Source of the DNA: an uncultured Chloroflexia bacterium
GTDB lineage: Bacteria > Chloroflexota > Limnocylindria > Limnocylindrales > CSP1-4
Reading direction: 5' to 3'
Length of the DNA stretch: 64,000 bases
Assembly: GCA_963720755.1 (NCBI GenBank)
Contig: CAVRGP010000011.1
Span: forward strand, 352,001 to 416,000
Shown: piece by piece, positions 9,199 to 19,383 of the stretch
How positions within the stretch are numbered: position 1 is the first letter of the stretch
Layout of the letters: each line of letters opens with the position of its first letter
Position numbers and translations under genes: made by a program
The notes under the pieces: generated by a model
What the model was told of the DNA's origin: nothing
What the model saw: the letters and a program-made list of their open reading frames with translations, nothing else
Database searches by the model: none

Positions 9199-10710
9199 GT
9201 GCAACTACGTGTCGCAACCGATCAGCCGTGGGACGTGCCCGCGGATGTCCTCATCGTCCCAGTCAAGGCCGACCCGGCCGTGGAGGGAGAACTCGGAGAA
9301 CTCGATCGGCGGGCCGCCGGTGAGATCCGGAACCTCGCCGATTTCGGCGAGCTGACCGGGAAGCGCTACGTCACGGCGCTGGCGGCGGGTGGCGAAACGA
9401 AAAGCGGTCGATTGCTGACGGTGTGCTTCGGTGACCCATCGAAGGTCGACCGCGAAACGGTGGTCCGGGTCGCGGCGTCGGCGGAGCGTCGCCTGGCCGG
9501 CAGGACCGTCAGGCGGGTCGCGGTGTGGCTCACGCCGCTGGCCGACGCGCTGGGTGGCGACGTCGCTGGCGTTGCCGAGCTCGTCACCCGCGGGATGGTC
9601 GAGGGCAGCTACGACCCACGGACGATCTACCGTGACGAGGTCGATCGAGTTCCTCCGATCCTGGAAGAACTGATCCTGGTCGCGCCAGGGGGCGATCGGG
9701 CCGCTGTCGCCGCCGGAGCCGAGCGCGGGATGATCATCGGCGAGGGTGCCAACATCGCCCGGACGCTCGCGAACCGCGCGGCGAACGATGTCAGTCCAGC
9801 CGTCCTCGCCGATGAAGCTCGTGACCTGGCCGAGCAGCATGGCCTGTGGATCGACGTCATCGACGCCCAGCGCGCGACCGAGATGGGGATGGGCATGTTC
9901 ATGGCGGTCGGTCGCGGCAGCGACAACCCGCCGAAGATGATCGTCATGCGATCCGGGGCCGAAGGCGCGCGCGACGCGCTCGACCGACACCTGGCCATCG
10001 TCGGCAAGGGCGTCTGCTTCGACTCGGGCGGGATCAGCATCAAGTCGGCCAACCACATGGAAGAGATGAAGATGGACAAGACCGGTGCGTGCACCGTGAT
10101 CGCGGCCATCGCCACCGTGGCCCGGCTTGCCCCCGGCACGCCCCTGCTCGCGCTGGCGCCGGCGGTCGAGAACATGCCCGGACCGCATTCCACCCGGCCC
10201 GGCGACATCGTCACCGCGCTCAACGGCAAGAAGGTCGACATCACCAACACCGATGCCGAGGGACGGCTCATCCTCGGCGACGCGCTGACCTACGCGGAGC
10301 GTCTCGGAGCGACTCATCTGGTCGATGTCGCGACCCTGACCGGAGCCGTATCGAGGGCCCTCGGCCACCTCGTGACCGGGGCGTTCGGGGCCCCGCAGGA
10401 CTTCTACGACGCGGTCATGGGGGCCGCCGATCGCGCAGGCGAGCGCTACTGGCAGTTGCCTCTGATCGATGACTACGTGCAGGAGATGGACAGCTGGTAC
10501 GGCGACCTCAAGAACTCCGGCACGCCAGAGGGTTCGCTGGTGAAGAGCGGCCTCTTCCTTCGAGAGTTCGTCACCAAGCCCTGGGTCCACCTCGACATCG
10601 CCGGGACCGGCTATTACACGAAGCCGCTGCCGTTCGCGCCCCGTGGCGCCAGCGGCTCGTCCCACGCCACCCTCGTCGAACTGGCCCTGGCCGGCTCGAA
10701 GGCCGGCTGA
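9199..10710 (+). CDS. pepA: Leucyl aminopeptidase (M17)
   Basis: VGKGVCFDSGG, MKMDK, NTDAEGRL, ATLTGA, HLDIAG; GGAGG upstream of GTG 9199. Confidence 0.93.
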   Translation: MQLRVATDQPWDVPADVLIVPVKADPAVEGELGELDRRAAGEIRNLADFGELTGKRYVTALAAGGETKSGRLLTVCFGDPSKVDRETVVRVAASAERRLAGRTVRRVAVWLTPLADALGGDVAGVAELVTRGMVEGSYDPRTIYRDEVDRVPPILEELILVAPGGDRAAVAAGAERGMIIGEGANIARTLANRAANDVSPAVLADEARDLAEQHGLWIDVIDAQRATEMGMGMFMAVGRGSDNPPKMIVMRSGAEGARDALDRHLAIVGKGVCFDSGGISIKSANHMEEMKMDKTGACTVIAAIATVARLAPGTPLLALAPAVENMPGPHSTRPGDIVTALNGKKVDITNTDAEGRLILGDALTYAERLGATHLVDVATLTGAVSRALGHLVTGAFGAPQDFYDAVMGAADRAGERYWQLPLIDDYVQEMDSWYGDLKNSGTPEGSLVKSGLFLREFVTKPWVHLDIAGTGYYTKPLPFAPRGASGSSHATLVELALAGSKAG

Positions 10711-10752
10711 CCGGGCCGGATCGAGGTCGGGGAGCGCTCGGGCAACCGCCAG

Positions 10753-11394
10753 ATGGATCCGCTGGACTGGGTCCTCGCCGCCGCCGGGGCGGCCCTTGGG
10801 GTTGCGGCCGATCGGTTCGCCACGCGCTGGCCGGAACATGACGAGGAACATCCGCCAGGTCGTCCGATCGATTGGCGAACGGCCACGGCCGGGATCGTCG
10901 GGGCGATCGCCTTCGGTCTGCTCACGCCACGCTTCGGTGGAGAACCGCTCGCGCTGATCCTCTTCGGCGCTTGGTTCGCGACCCTCGTGGTCGGCCTGGC
11001 GACGGACCTCGATCAGCGACTGCTGCCCGATGAGCTGACCCTGCCGGTGATCCCGATCGCACTGGTCTACGCGCTGAGTGGCCAGAACCCGCTGGTCGGC
11101 ACGGACGTGGTGCCGGCGATCGTGGCCGCGCTTGTCATCCCGGCGGTCCTGTACCTGCCGTCCATCCCGTTCGGAGCGGGGGCGTTCGGGATGGGCGATG
11201 TCAAACTGCTGGTCGGCGTCGGGCTGATGGCGGGTGGCAGCCGGGCCCTCGGCTCCGTGGTCTTCGCCCTGGTGCTGGCCGGCGTGGTCATCCTCGTCCT
11301 GCTCCTCGCCCGGCGGATCGGTCGTCGGACGTACATCCCGTTCGGGCCGTTCTTCATCCTGGGCGCGCTCTGGGCGGTTCTGATCCGGCTCTGA
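10753..11394 (+). CDS. A24 family (prepilin-type) aspartic peptidase
   Basis: TDLDQRLLPD, GMGDVKL, IPFGPF; multiple TM helices. Confidence 0.85.
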   Translation: MDPLDWVLAAAGAALGVAADRFATRWPEHDEEHPPGRPIDWRTATAGIVGAIAFGLLTPRFGGEPLALILFGAWFATLVVGLATDLDQRLLPDELTLPVIPIALVYALSGQNPLVGTDVVPAIVAALVIPAVLYLPSIPFGAGAFGMGDVKLLVGVGLMAGGSRALGSVVFALVLAGVVILVLLLARRIGRRTYIPFGPFFILGALWAVLIRL

Positions 11395-11499
11395 GCGGGC
11401 GGACGGTCAAGGCGCCCATCGACCCGGACATGCGGTCACCGGACGACCCGGACCATCGGCCCAGATGCCTGCTCGTATCCAGCGACTAGACTCCCCGAG

Positions 11500-11640
11500 T
11501 ATCATGCCCTGAGCCGGTGTCGTCCTGAGTACGTGCCACTTCGGACGGCGACTCACCGGCGGGCGTCGCCCGTCAGATACCGACGGCCCCCAAGCCGAAG
11601 GTGACAACGGAGTCCAGCTCGCACGATGACATCGCCTACG
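11500..11640 (+). promoter_or_regulatory. Putative promoter plus structured 5' leader RNA (candidate riboswitch/cis-regulatory motif) of M23 peptidase gene
   Basis: TATCAT -10 at 11500; stems gccggtg/caccggc, tcgtcc/ggacgg, ccgtc/gacgg, aggtga/tcgcct; possible pseudoknot cgtgc/gcacg. Confidence 0.5.
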
Positions 11641-13034
11641 TGAAGCGCCACCTGACCGACCGACCGGTCGACTCGACCCCCCAGGGATGGAGTTCGGCCA
11701 CGGCGTCCGCATCCCCTCGTCGAGGGATCCGCCGCCGCCTCGGATCGATCCTGCTCCTCCTGCCCCTGGTGGTGGGCCTGCTGGGCGCGCCCGCGTCCCC
11801 GCAGAGTGCCCGCGGCGATGAACTATCCGACGCGAAGGCCCGCCAGGAACAGCTCAAGCGTGACGCCGCCAACCAGAAGGCGCAGATCGAGAAGCTACAG
11901 GCCCTCCAGGGTGGCCTCGCCGCCCAGATCCGCCAGACGACGGCCGAGCTGCACGGGATCAACGTCGACCTGACCCGGGTCAAGACCAAGATCGGGGTGA
12001 TGCAGGACCAGATCGGCGTCATCCAGGCGGACTACGACGGACTGGTCAGCCAGCTCGCAGCACTCGACACGAAGCTGGTCACGATCGAGGCGCGGGAGGC
12101 CGCCAAGCGGACCGAACTCGCCGACCGTGAGGCGATGCTGGCCGACCGGCTCCGGAGCGCCTACGACACCGACCGGACATCGATGCTCGAGTCATTCCTG
12201 TCGGGTGGGTCATTCACCGACCTGCTGGCCGAGATGAGCTACTACATCGACGTCGGCGAACAGGACAAGGCGCTGGCGACCCAGATCGCCCAGGACCAGT
12301 CGACCCTTGCGGCCTACCACCAGGAGACGGTCGACACTCGCGCCCAGACGGAAGACCTGCGAATACAGACGGCCGCCCAGAAGCGCGAGCTGGACAAGAG
12401 CCTCCTCGCGCTCAAGGACGCGAAGGCGCAACTCAGGTTGCTGTCCCGCCGGACGGCGGCCGCGCTGGCTGCCCAGAAGCAGGCGTACGCGACGATCGCC
12501 CGGAACAAGGCCGCGGCGCGGGCGGCGCTGGCCAAGGCCGCGGCCGCCCAGAAGAAGCTGCAAGACCAGATCGATGCCCTCATCCGCAAGCGCGCCGCGC
12601 AGGGGAACATCCCGTCCATCTACAACGGCACCCTGAGCTGGCCGATGAGCGGCGACGTCACCCAGAACTTCGGTTGTACCGGATTCTCATGGGAGCCGCC
12701 GTTCGGGTCGTGTGCGCACTACCACAACGGGATCGATATCGTGGCTCCGTACGGAACGCCGGTGAAGTCGTCCGGCGACGGGACCGTTGCGTACTGCGGC
12801 TGGAACTATGCGGACGGCCCCGACCCGGCCTGGATCGTCATCATCGCGCACAGTTCGAACCTCCAGACCTGGTATGCCCACATGACGCCGAGTTGCCCCG
12901 TCCGCGCGGGCGGCCACGTCAACCAGGGTCAGGTGATCGGCCACGAGGGCAATACGGGACACTCGACCGGAGCGCATCTCCACTGGGGCGTCCGGCTCAA
13001 CAACGATTTCGTGAACCCGCGCCTGTTCCTCTAG
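11640..13034 (+). CDS. Coiled-coil M23 peptidoglycan endopeptidase (EnvC/CwlO-like coiled coil plus M23 domain)
   Basis: Signal/TM segment, long coiled coil, HNGID, YAHM, GNTGHSTGAHLH; exact start uncertain (11601-11640 or later). Confidence 0.88.
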   Translation: MKRHLTDRPVDSTPQGWSSATASASPRRGIRRRLGSILLLLPLVVGLLGAPASPQSARGDELSDAKARQEQLKRDAANQKAQIEKLQALQGGLAAQIRQTTAELHGINVDLTRVKTKIGVMQDQIGVIQADYDGLVSQLAALDTKLVTIEAREAAKRTELADREAMLADRLRSAYDTDRTSMLESFLSGGSFTDLLAEMSYYIDVGEQDKALATQIAQDQSTLAAYHQETVDTRAQTEDLRIQTAAQKRELDKSLLALKDAKAQLRLLSRRTAAALAAQKQAYATIARNKAAARAALAKAAAAQKKLQDQIDALIRKRAAQGNIPSIYNGTLSWPMSGDVTQNFGCTGFSWEPPFGSCAHYHNGIDIVAPYGTPVKSSGDGTVAYCGWNYADGPDPAWIVIIAHSSNLQTWYAHMTPSCPVRAGGHVNQGQVIGHEGNTGHSTGAHLHWGVRLNNDFVNPRLFL

Positions 13035-13177
13035 AGCAGACCTTCGGCCTGGCCGGCTCTTCCCGGGTCGATCGTCGCTCGACGCCGCGCTACGACCCAT
13101 CTCCGGTCGGCTCCGGTTGACGAGATGTCAACGCCACGTTGATGTCCGCGCCGGACCGCCCGTGCTAGCATCCGATC

Positions 13178-14539
13178 GTGAAGCGGACGATGGCGGTGAT
13201 CCTCGCAGGCGGCGAGGGTGAGCGTCTCTCGATCCTGTCGCAGGAACGGGCCAAGCCGGCCGTGCCCTTCGGCGGGAAGTACCGGATCATCGACTTCACC
13301 CTGTCGAACTGCGTCAACTCGGACATCGACGACGTCGTGGTCCTGACCCAGTACAACCCCCGCTCCTTGAACGACCATATCGGTCTCGGCCGACCCTGGG
13401 ATCTCGACCGCAGCCGGGGTGGGGTCAAGCTGCTCCAGCCCTACATCTCGCGCGGGCGAGTCGCGGAGTGGTATGGCGGGACGGCCGACGCTGTGCTCCG
13501 AAACCTCGACGTGCTGGAGCACTACCCAGCCGACGTCATCCTCGTGCTGGCTGGCGACCACATCTACAAGATGGACTATCAACCGTTCGTCGCCGCCCAC
13601 CGCCGGCGCCGAGCCGACGTCACGATCGCCGTCCGCCGGGTCCCATTGGCCGAGGCTCCGCGGATGGGGATCCTCGCGCTGGACGAGAACGACCGGGTCA
13701 TCGACTGGCAGGAGAAGCCGAAGCAACCCAAGAGCGATCTGGCGTCGATGGGCGTGTACGTCTTCTCCAAGAAGACGCTCCGCCGATGGCTGTCGGACGA
13801 TCGAGTGGATTTCGGGTCACACGTCATCCCGGCGATGCTGGCGGCCGACGCACGAGTCTTCGGCTATCGCTACAGCGGCTACTGGCAGGACGTCGGGACG
13901 ATCCAGTCGTTCTGGGAGACGAATATGGCGCTCCTCGACGACGACCCCGAGCTGGACCTGTACGACAAGGAATGGATCGTCCACACCCGGTCCGAGGAGC
14001 GCGCCCCGGCCAAGATCGGCTCCACGGCCCAGGTCCATCGGAGCCTCATCAGCCACGGCTGCGTCATCTCCGGGACCGTCGTGAACTCGGTCCTGTCGCC
14101 CGGTGTCCGGGTCGACGTCGGGGCGGTCGTGCGAGACTCGATCATCATGTTCGACTCGGTCATCCGATCCGGGGCGGTGGTCGATCGGGCGATCCTCGAC
14201 AAGGAGGTCGTCGTCGGCCCCGGAGCGATCGTGGGCGAGGGCCCCTTCCCCGATCGACCCAACAAGCAGGAGCCGGGCCGCCTCAATACCGGGATCAGCG
14301 TCATCGGCAAGCGAGCCGTGGTTCCCCGTGGCGTCCGGATCGGACGGAATGTGCGGATCGCTGCCGATGTCCGCGCGACCGACTACACGGGCCGCGTCGT
14401 GGCCAGCGGCGAGTCCGTCGATGTTCGCCGGGGTCGGAAGGACAGTCGGACACGGCGAGCGCAGACTGCCTCGGCCGACCCCGACACCTCCGGCGATGGT
14501 CAGCCCGATCCGGCTCGGCGGGCCGTCGGCGACCACTGA
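13178..14539 (+). CDS. glgC: Glucose-1-phosphate adenylyltransferase
   Basis: [58 protein letters not shown]. Confidence 0.96.
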   Translation: MKRTMAVILAGGEGERLSILSQERAKPAVPFGGKYRIIDFTLSNCVNSDIDDVVVLTQYNPRSLNDHIGLGRPWDLDRSRGGVKLLQPYISRGRVAEWYGGTADAVLRNLDVLEHYPADVILVLAGDHIYKMDYQPFVAAHRRRRADVTIAVRRVPLAEAPRMGILALDENDRVIDWQEKPKQPKSDLASMGVYVFSKKTLRRWLSDDRVDFGSHVIPAMLAADARVFGYRYSGYWQDVGTIQSFWETNMALLDDDPELDLYDKEWIVHTRSEERAPAKIGSTAQVHRSLISHGCVISGTVVNSVLSPGVRVDVGAVVRDSIIMFDSVIRSGAVVDRAILDKEVVVGPGAIVGEGPFPDRPNKQEPGRLNTGISVIGKRAVVPRGVRIGRNVRIAADVRATDYTGRVVASGESVDVRRGRKDSRTRRAQTASADPDTSGDGQPDPARRAVGDH

Positions 14540-14585
14540 CACGGCGACGGTCGTCCGGAGCGATCTCGGCTAGACTCCGCGAGCC

Positions 14586-15113
14586 ATGCCATCCGCCGAC
14601 CCAGGCGCGCCGAGCGTGCGCCCGGCCGATGTCGAAGGCTGGCTCGCGGGCCTCGGGCTGACGCCCACCGACCGAGCCGACCGCGACGGGATCACCAGCT
14701 GGGATCTCGTCCTCGACGGACGCCGCCGCTTCGACCTCCGCGTCACCGTCATCCTGGATCCTGCCCTGGCCCTCATCTGCTGGGCGCAGTACGCGCCTCC
14801 GATCAGCGACATGTTCCGCAAGTCGTATCGCCGCCTTCTGCGCTGGAACGACGAATTCCCATTCGCGAAGTTCTCGATCTCGGAGGACGAACGTCCCGTG
14901 CTCGCCGTCGAGATCCCGAGCGCCGAGGCAGGGGAGGACGCCCTGGGCCTCGCCATCGCGCGCATCCTCGGGATCGCCGACCATCTGCTCGATGAATCCG
15001 TCGACTGGCTCTGGCTGGGCGGTCGGATGCCCGACCCGGGCGACCGCAGGTCGGCCAACGAGCCGTTCCTCGAGCGCTACGCGGCGCGGCTCCCGGAGCT
15101 GTTGCGGTCGTGA
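14586..15113 (+). CDS. YbjN-like domain protein
   Basis: Size and pattern (YRRLLRWNDEFPFAKF) resemble YbjN/T3SS-chaperone-like fold; recognition only. Confidence 0.55.
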   Translation: MPSADPGAPSVRPADVEGWLAGLGLTPTDRADRDGITSWDLVLDGRRRFDLRVTVILDPALALICWAQYAPPISDMFRKSYRRLLRWNDEFPFAKFSISEDERPVLAVEIPSAEAGEDALGLAIARILGIADHLLDESVDWLWLGGRMPDPGDRRSANEPFLERYAARLPELLRS

Positions 15114-17161
15114 TCCGTCGGCTCACCATCGGGATCCTCGCGCTCATCGCGGCAGGAGGTTGGCTGATCTCGCCGTCCGGCGTGGCCGAGGTCCGCGCGG
15201 CCACGCCGGACCTGACGATCGTCAGCGGCGCGACGTACGACGTGCAGCCCGACCACCATCGCGTCCGCGTCACCCTCGACATGACTCTCGTCAACCATCT
15301 GCACGACACGCGGACGAAGCGGTTCTACTTCGACCGCGCGGTGCTCGTCGTCCCGCCGGGTGCATCGGGCGCAAAGCTGACCTGGGCGGGTGCCGGGAGT
15401 CCGCGCGCCGTCATCACCCACCGCTCCAAGACCTCGACGACGATCCAGCTCGACCTGGCGCAGCGCCTGTATAGCGGCAGATCGGCGGCCTACCGGCTGG
15501 TGTTCGAGATCGTCGACCCGGGTGGTGCGAGTACGAGGGCGGTCCGGATCGGGAGTTCGCTCGTCAGGTTCCCGGTCTGGGCGTTCGCCACCAACGACAC
15601 CTCCGGCAGCACCGTCCGGGTCGTCTTCCCGACGGGTTTCCAGGTGACCGTCGCGTCGGGCGACATCCCGGCGCCGACGACCGACCAGAGCGGCCAGACG
15701 GTCTTCCAGACCGGCAGACTCAAGACACCGCTGACGTTCTTCGCCTACCTCGTGGCCGATCGACCCGGCGCCACGACCGTCCGGGTGGTCCAGACCACCG
15801 TCGCGTCGACACCGGTCGCCCTGTCCATCCGGTCGTGGGCCGACGATCCGGCCTGGTCGAAGCGCGTCGGCAGCCTGGTCCGGCGTGCACTGCCGTTGCT
15901 GGCCGAGCGGATCGGCCTGGCCTGGCCCCGCGACGGCGGACTGGTCGTCAGCGAGGCCCTCGGCCGTTCCACGGGTGGCTATGCCGGCCTGTTCGACCCC
16001 GTCGCCGGGACGATCGACGTCGCCTACGATGCGGCCGACGAGGTCGTCGTCCATGAGTCGGCGCATGCCTGGTTCAACGGCGGCCTGCTGGCCGATCGCT
16101 GGGCGAACGAGGGGTTCGCCTCCTACTACGCCCTCGACGCCGCAACCGACCTCAAGGTCAAGGTGGACCCAGCGACCGATGCCCTGACGCCCGAGATCGA
16201 CGCGGCGCGGATCCCGCTGAACGCCTGGGGCCCCGTCGGTAAAGTCGACCGGGCGACCGAGGACTACGGCTATGCCGCGAGCCTCGAACTCGCCCGGGCC
16301 ATCGCCACGCGGGCTGGGCCGGACGCCCTTCGCGCCGTGTGGTCCGATGCCGCGGCCGGGATCGGGGCCTATCAGCCGATCACCCCAGGCGATGCCCGTG
16401 GTTCAGCCGCCGGGTCGGCCGGCCCACCGGAGACCGTCAATTCGGCTCCGGACTGGCGTGGCTTGCTGGACTTGCTCGAGGAGCGGACCGGCACGTCGTT
16501 CACGGATCTGTGGCGGACCTGGATCGCCCGGGATTCTGACCTCGCCCTCATCGACCAGCGGACCGCCGCCAGGGCGCGATACGTGGCTCTGCTGTCGACG
16601 GCCGGCGACTGGCCGATCCCCAGGGCCGTCCGGGATGCCCTGCGGGCCTGGCGATTCGACGACGCGATGACCCTGATGGCCGACGTCGAAGGGGTGCTCG
16701 CGAGCCGCAACGAGATCACGGCCCGCGCCACCGCCATCGGGCTATCCGCCCCCGAAACCCTCCACAAGGTGTACGCGCAGCCAGACGGCGTCGCTGCCGC
16801 CGCCATTGAGGCTCGAGCGGAGATGCTGGCGATCGACCGATATGCGGCTGCCCAGGCGGCGCGTCCTTCGACGCCAGGGATGTTCGAGGAGATCGGTCTG
16901 TGGGGGTCGGATCCTGACAGTGACCTGGCTCGGTCACGAACCCAGTTCGCGGCCGGCGACCTATCGGATTCGACAGCGTCGTCCGCGTCCGCGGCGGCCG
17001 CATGGTCCGGTGCTGCCGAGCTCGGTCGCGGCCGGGCGATCAGCCTGGTCGTCCTGTTCGTTGCGATCCTGTTCGCGGTCGTTCTTGCCGGTGCCGCATT
17101 CCGCGGGCGTCGCCGACGACGGCGCGCGGATCGCGTCGTCTGGCCGGACCTCAGGCGGTGA
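15110..17161 (+). CDS. Secreted, C-terminally anchored gluzincin (M1/MA-like) metallopeptidase
   Basis: Signal peptide, HESAH...NEGFA zinc motif, C-terminal TM plus Arg-rich tail. Confidence 0.75.
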   Translation: MIRRLTIGILALIAAGGWLISPSGVAEVRAATPDLTIVSGATYDVQPDHHRVRVTLDMTLVNHLHDTRTKRFYFDRAVLVVPPGASGAKLTWAGAGSPRAVITHRSKTSTTIQLDLAQRLYSGRSAAYRLVFEIVDPGGASTRAVRIGSSLVRFPVWAFATNDTSGSTVRVVFPTGFQVTVASGDIPAPTTDQSGQTVFQTGRLKTPLTFFAYLVADRPGATTVRVVQTTVASTPVALSIRSWADDPAWSKRVGSLVRRALPLLAERIGLAWPRDGGLVVSEALGRSTGGYAGLFDPVAGTIDVAYDAADEVVVHESAHAWFNGGLLADRWANEGFASYYALDAATDLKVKVDPATDALTPEIDAARIPLNAWGPVGKVDRATEDYGYAASLELARAIATRAGPDALRAVWSDAAAGIGAYQPITPGDARGSAAGSAGPPETVNSAPDWRGLLDLLEERTGTSFTDLWRTWIARDSDLALIDQRTAARARYVALLSTAGDWPIPRAVRDALRAWRFDDAMTLMADVEGVLASRNEITARATAIGLSAPETLHKVYAQPDGVAAAAIEARAEMLAIDRYAAAQAARPSTPGMFEEIGLWGSDPDSDLARSRTQFAAGDLSDSTASSASAAAAWSGAAELGRGRAISLVVLFVAILFAVVLAGAAFRGRRRRRRADRVVWPDLRR

Positions 17162-17315
17162 CCAGGCGACCCTGCCGGCGCTTCCGCCGGCCGCAGGTCA
17201 TCGCTGTCGCTGCCATCGGGAACGGTGGGCCGTGCGCTACACTCGCCGCCACGCCGGATCCGCTCGAGCGAGACGAGGCTGGAGTGTCAGGCGGAATGGG
17301 AGCGGAGCCGGACTG

Positions 17316-18344
17316 ATGGGCCTGTCGCGCTCGCGACCGTCGCACGAGATCCTGTCGGGCGATTCAGCCGATGTCTATTTCGCACGGGCTGAGACGATCC
17401 TCGCCGAAGAGGGGCTCGATCCGCTCGTGACGATGGAGGTCTTCACCCGCCAGGACGGCGTGCTGTGCGGGATCGATGAGGCCCGCAACCTGCTGGGCCA
17501 CGTCCTCGCCGGCGCCGACCCGGCCGAGACCTGCCTGGAAGCGCTCAAGGACGGGGACGTCATCGGGCCGAAGGAGATCGTCCTTCGGATCCAGGCTCGC
17601 TACCGGCAGTTCGGCCTGTACGAGACGGCGTTCCTCGGGATGCTCGCCCAGTCGACCGGCTGGGCCACGGCCGCGCGCCGGTGCGTCGAGGCCGCCGCGC
17701 CCGAACCGGTCATCAGTTTCGGGGCGCGCCACGTTCACCCCGACATCACCGACGTCCTCGACTACGCGGCGATCGTCGGCGGTTGCGTCGGAGCATCGAC
17801 GCCGGCCGGAGCCCGCCTCGCCGGCCTCGCCCCGACCGGCACCATGCCGCATTCCCTCGTGCTCATCTTCGGCGACACCGTCGATGCCGCCGTCGCGTTC
17901 GATCGACATGTCGACCCGGACGTACCCCGGATCGTGCTCGTGGATACGTTCAAGGACGAGGCCGAGGAGGCGCTCCGCGTTGCCCAGGCTTTGGGCGATC
18001 GACTGTACGGCGTCCGCCTCGACACGCCATCCGAGCGTGGTCGCGTGACGCCGGACCTCGTCCATGAGGTCCGCGCCCGCCTCGACCAGGCCGGTTTCCG
18101 GCACGTCAAGGTGACCGTGTCCGGTGGCCTCACGCCGGATCGCATCCGCTTCTTCAAGGAGGCCGGCGCGCCGGTCGACTCGTATGCGGTCGGCACGTTC
18201 ATCAGCGGGGCGACACCGATCGACTTCACCGGCGACATCAAGGAGATCGACGGCCGGCCGATCGCCAAACGTGGCCGCATCCCCGGACGGACCGACGCGC
18301 CCCGCCTCGAGGCGGTCGACCTGGCGGCATACCGCGACGGCTGA
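17316..18344 (+). CDS. pncB: Nicotinate phosphoribosyltransferase
   Basis: DVYF, SFGARH, GTMPHS, LVDTF, VRLDTP, SGG, DFTGDIK. Confidence 0.88.
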   Translation: MGLSRSRPSHEILSGDSADVYFARAETILAEEGLDPLVTMEVFTRQDGVLCGIDEARNLLGHVLAGADPAETCLEALKDGDVIGPKEIVLRIQARYRQFGLYETAFLGMLAQSTGWATAARRCVEAAAPEPVISFGARHVHPDITDVLDYAAIVGGCVGASTPAGARLAGLAPTGTMPHSLVLIFGDTVDAAVAFDRHVDPDVPRIVLVDTFKDEAEEALRVAQALGDRLYGVRLDTPSERGRVTPDLVHEVRARLDQAGFRHVKVTVSGGLTPDRIRFFKEAGAPVDSYAVGTFISGATPIDFTGDIKEIDGRPIAKRGRIPGRTDAPRLEAVDLAAYRDG

Positions 18345-18348
18345 ACCG

Positions 18349-18786
18349 ATGGCGGGCGAGCGTTCCGAGGACGAACACGACCGAGAAGCGGCCTACGACC
18401 TCCTGCAGCGTGGCCGAGCGTTCATCGCCGATCGGCATCACGCTCAGGCGGCGATCGTGCTGGAACGGGCCGATCGGCTCGAGCCGCGCAAGGGCTCGAT
18501 CCTCGAGGCGCTCGGCCAGGCGTACTTCAACTCCGGCCAGGTGGAGCGGGCGAGTGCGACGTTCGAGGCGTTGCTCGAGATCGATCCGTCGTCGCACTAC
18601 GGTCACTACGGGCTGGGCCAGAGTCTCAAGCGACTCGGGCGGCGCGCGGAGGCGCGCACCCACCTTCGGCTCGCGGTCGCCCTCAGTCCCGAGACGAGCC
18701 TCTACCGCGACGCCCTGGCCCGGCTCGGGCCAAGCCCGGAGGTCGGCGGCCGCCCGACCGGCCCGTCTACGAGCGAGTCGCCCTGA
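18349..18786 (+). CDS. Tetratricopeptide repeat protein
   Basis: TPR pattern EALGQAYF..G / YGHYGLG..L..LG / AVALSP. Confidence 0.8.
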   Translation: MAGERSEDEHDREAAYDLLQRGRAFIADRHHAQAAIVLERADRLEPRKGSILEALGQAYFNSGQVERASATFEALLEIDPSSHYGHYGLGQSLKRLGRRAEARTHLRLAVALSPETSLYRDALARLGPSPEVGGRPTGPSTSESP

Positions 18787-19315
18787 TCCTCGCGACCATC
18801 AACAGGCCGACCAGGGTCTTGGCGTCACGGAACTCGCCCCGGTCCGCGGCCGCAAGCGCCGCATCCCAGGGAAGACGCTCGAGGATGAGTCGCTCATCCG
18901 GATCCGGGTGGAGCCGTTCGCCGTCCGCCGCGCGGAGGTCCGTCGCCAGGTACAGGTGCATCAACTCCGACGCGAAGCCGGGCGCCGTGTAGAAGCGACC
19001 AACGAGCTGCCACGAACCGGCGCGGGCCCCGGTCTCCTCCTCGAGTTCGCGCCGCGCGGCCCCGTCGGGGTCCTCGACGGATCCATCCGGGGCCAGGTCG
19101 AGCGTCCCTGCCGGGATCTCCAGCAGCGCCTCGCCGACGGCGAGCCGGTACTGGCGAACAAGCAGAACCTGATCCTCATCGTCGATGGCGACGATCGCGA
19201 CCGCGCCCGGGTGGCCGGCGATCTCGCGCGTCGCCCGGGTCCCGTCGGCGTGCTCGATCGTGTCGACGCGGAAGGTCAGGAACCGCCCGCGGTGAACGAC
19301 CCGGGAGTCGACCAC
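18767..19315 (-). CDS. NUDIX hydrolase (ADP-ribose pyrophosphatase NudF-like)
   Basis: HPGAVAI, VRQYR, EIPAG, ARRELEEETG Nudix box, DAKT; true start may be upstream (CTG 19387). Confidence 0.9.
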   Translation of the reverse strand: MVDSRVVHRGRFLTFRVDTIEHADGTRATREIAGHPGAVAIVAIDDEDQVLLVRQYRLAVGEALLEIPAGTLDLAPDGSVEDPDGAARRELEEETGARAGSWQLVGRFYTAPGFASELMHLYLATDLRAADGERLHPDPDERLILERLPWDAALAAADRGEFRDAKTLVGLLMVARIRATRS

Positions 19316-19327
19316 GCGCTCGGTCAG

Positions 19328-19358
19328 ATCGGCCCCGGAGGGATCCTCCGGGGCCGAT
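19328..19358. repeat. Perfect 14-bp inverted repeat (hairpin) between msiK-like gene and NUDIX gene
   Basis: atcggccccggagg-gat-cctccggggccgat. Confidence 0.8.
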
Positions 19359-19383
19359 GGGTCGCGCGTCGGCTGGTCGTCGT

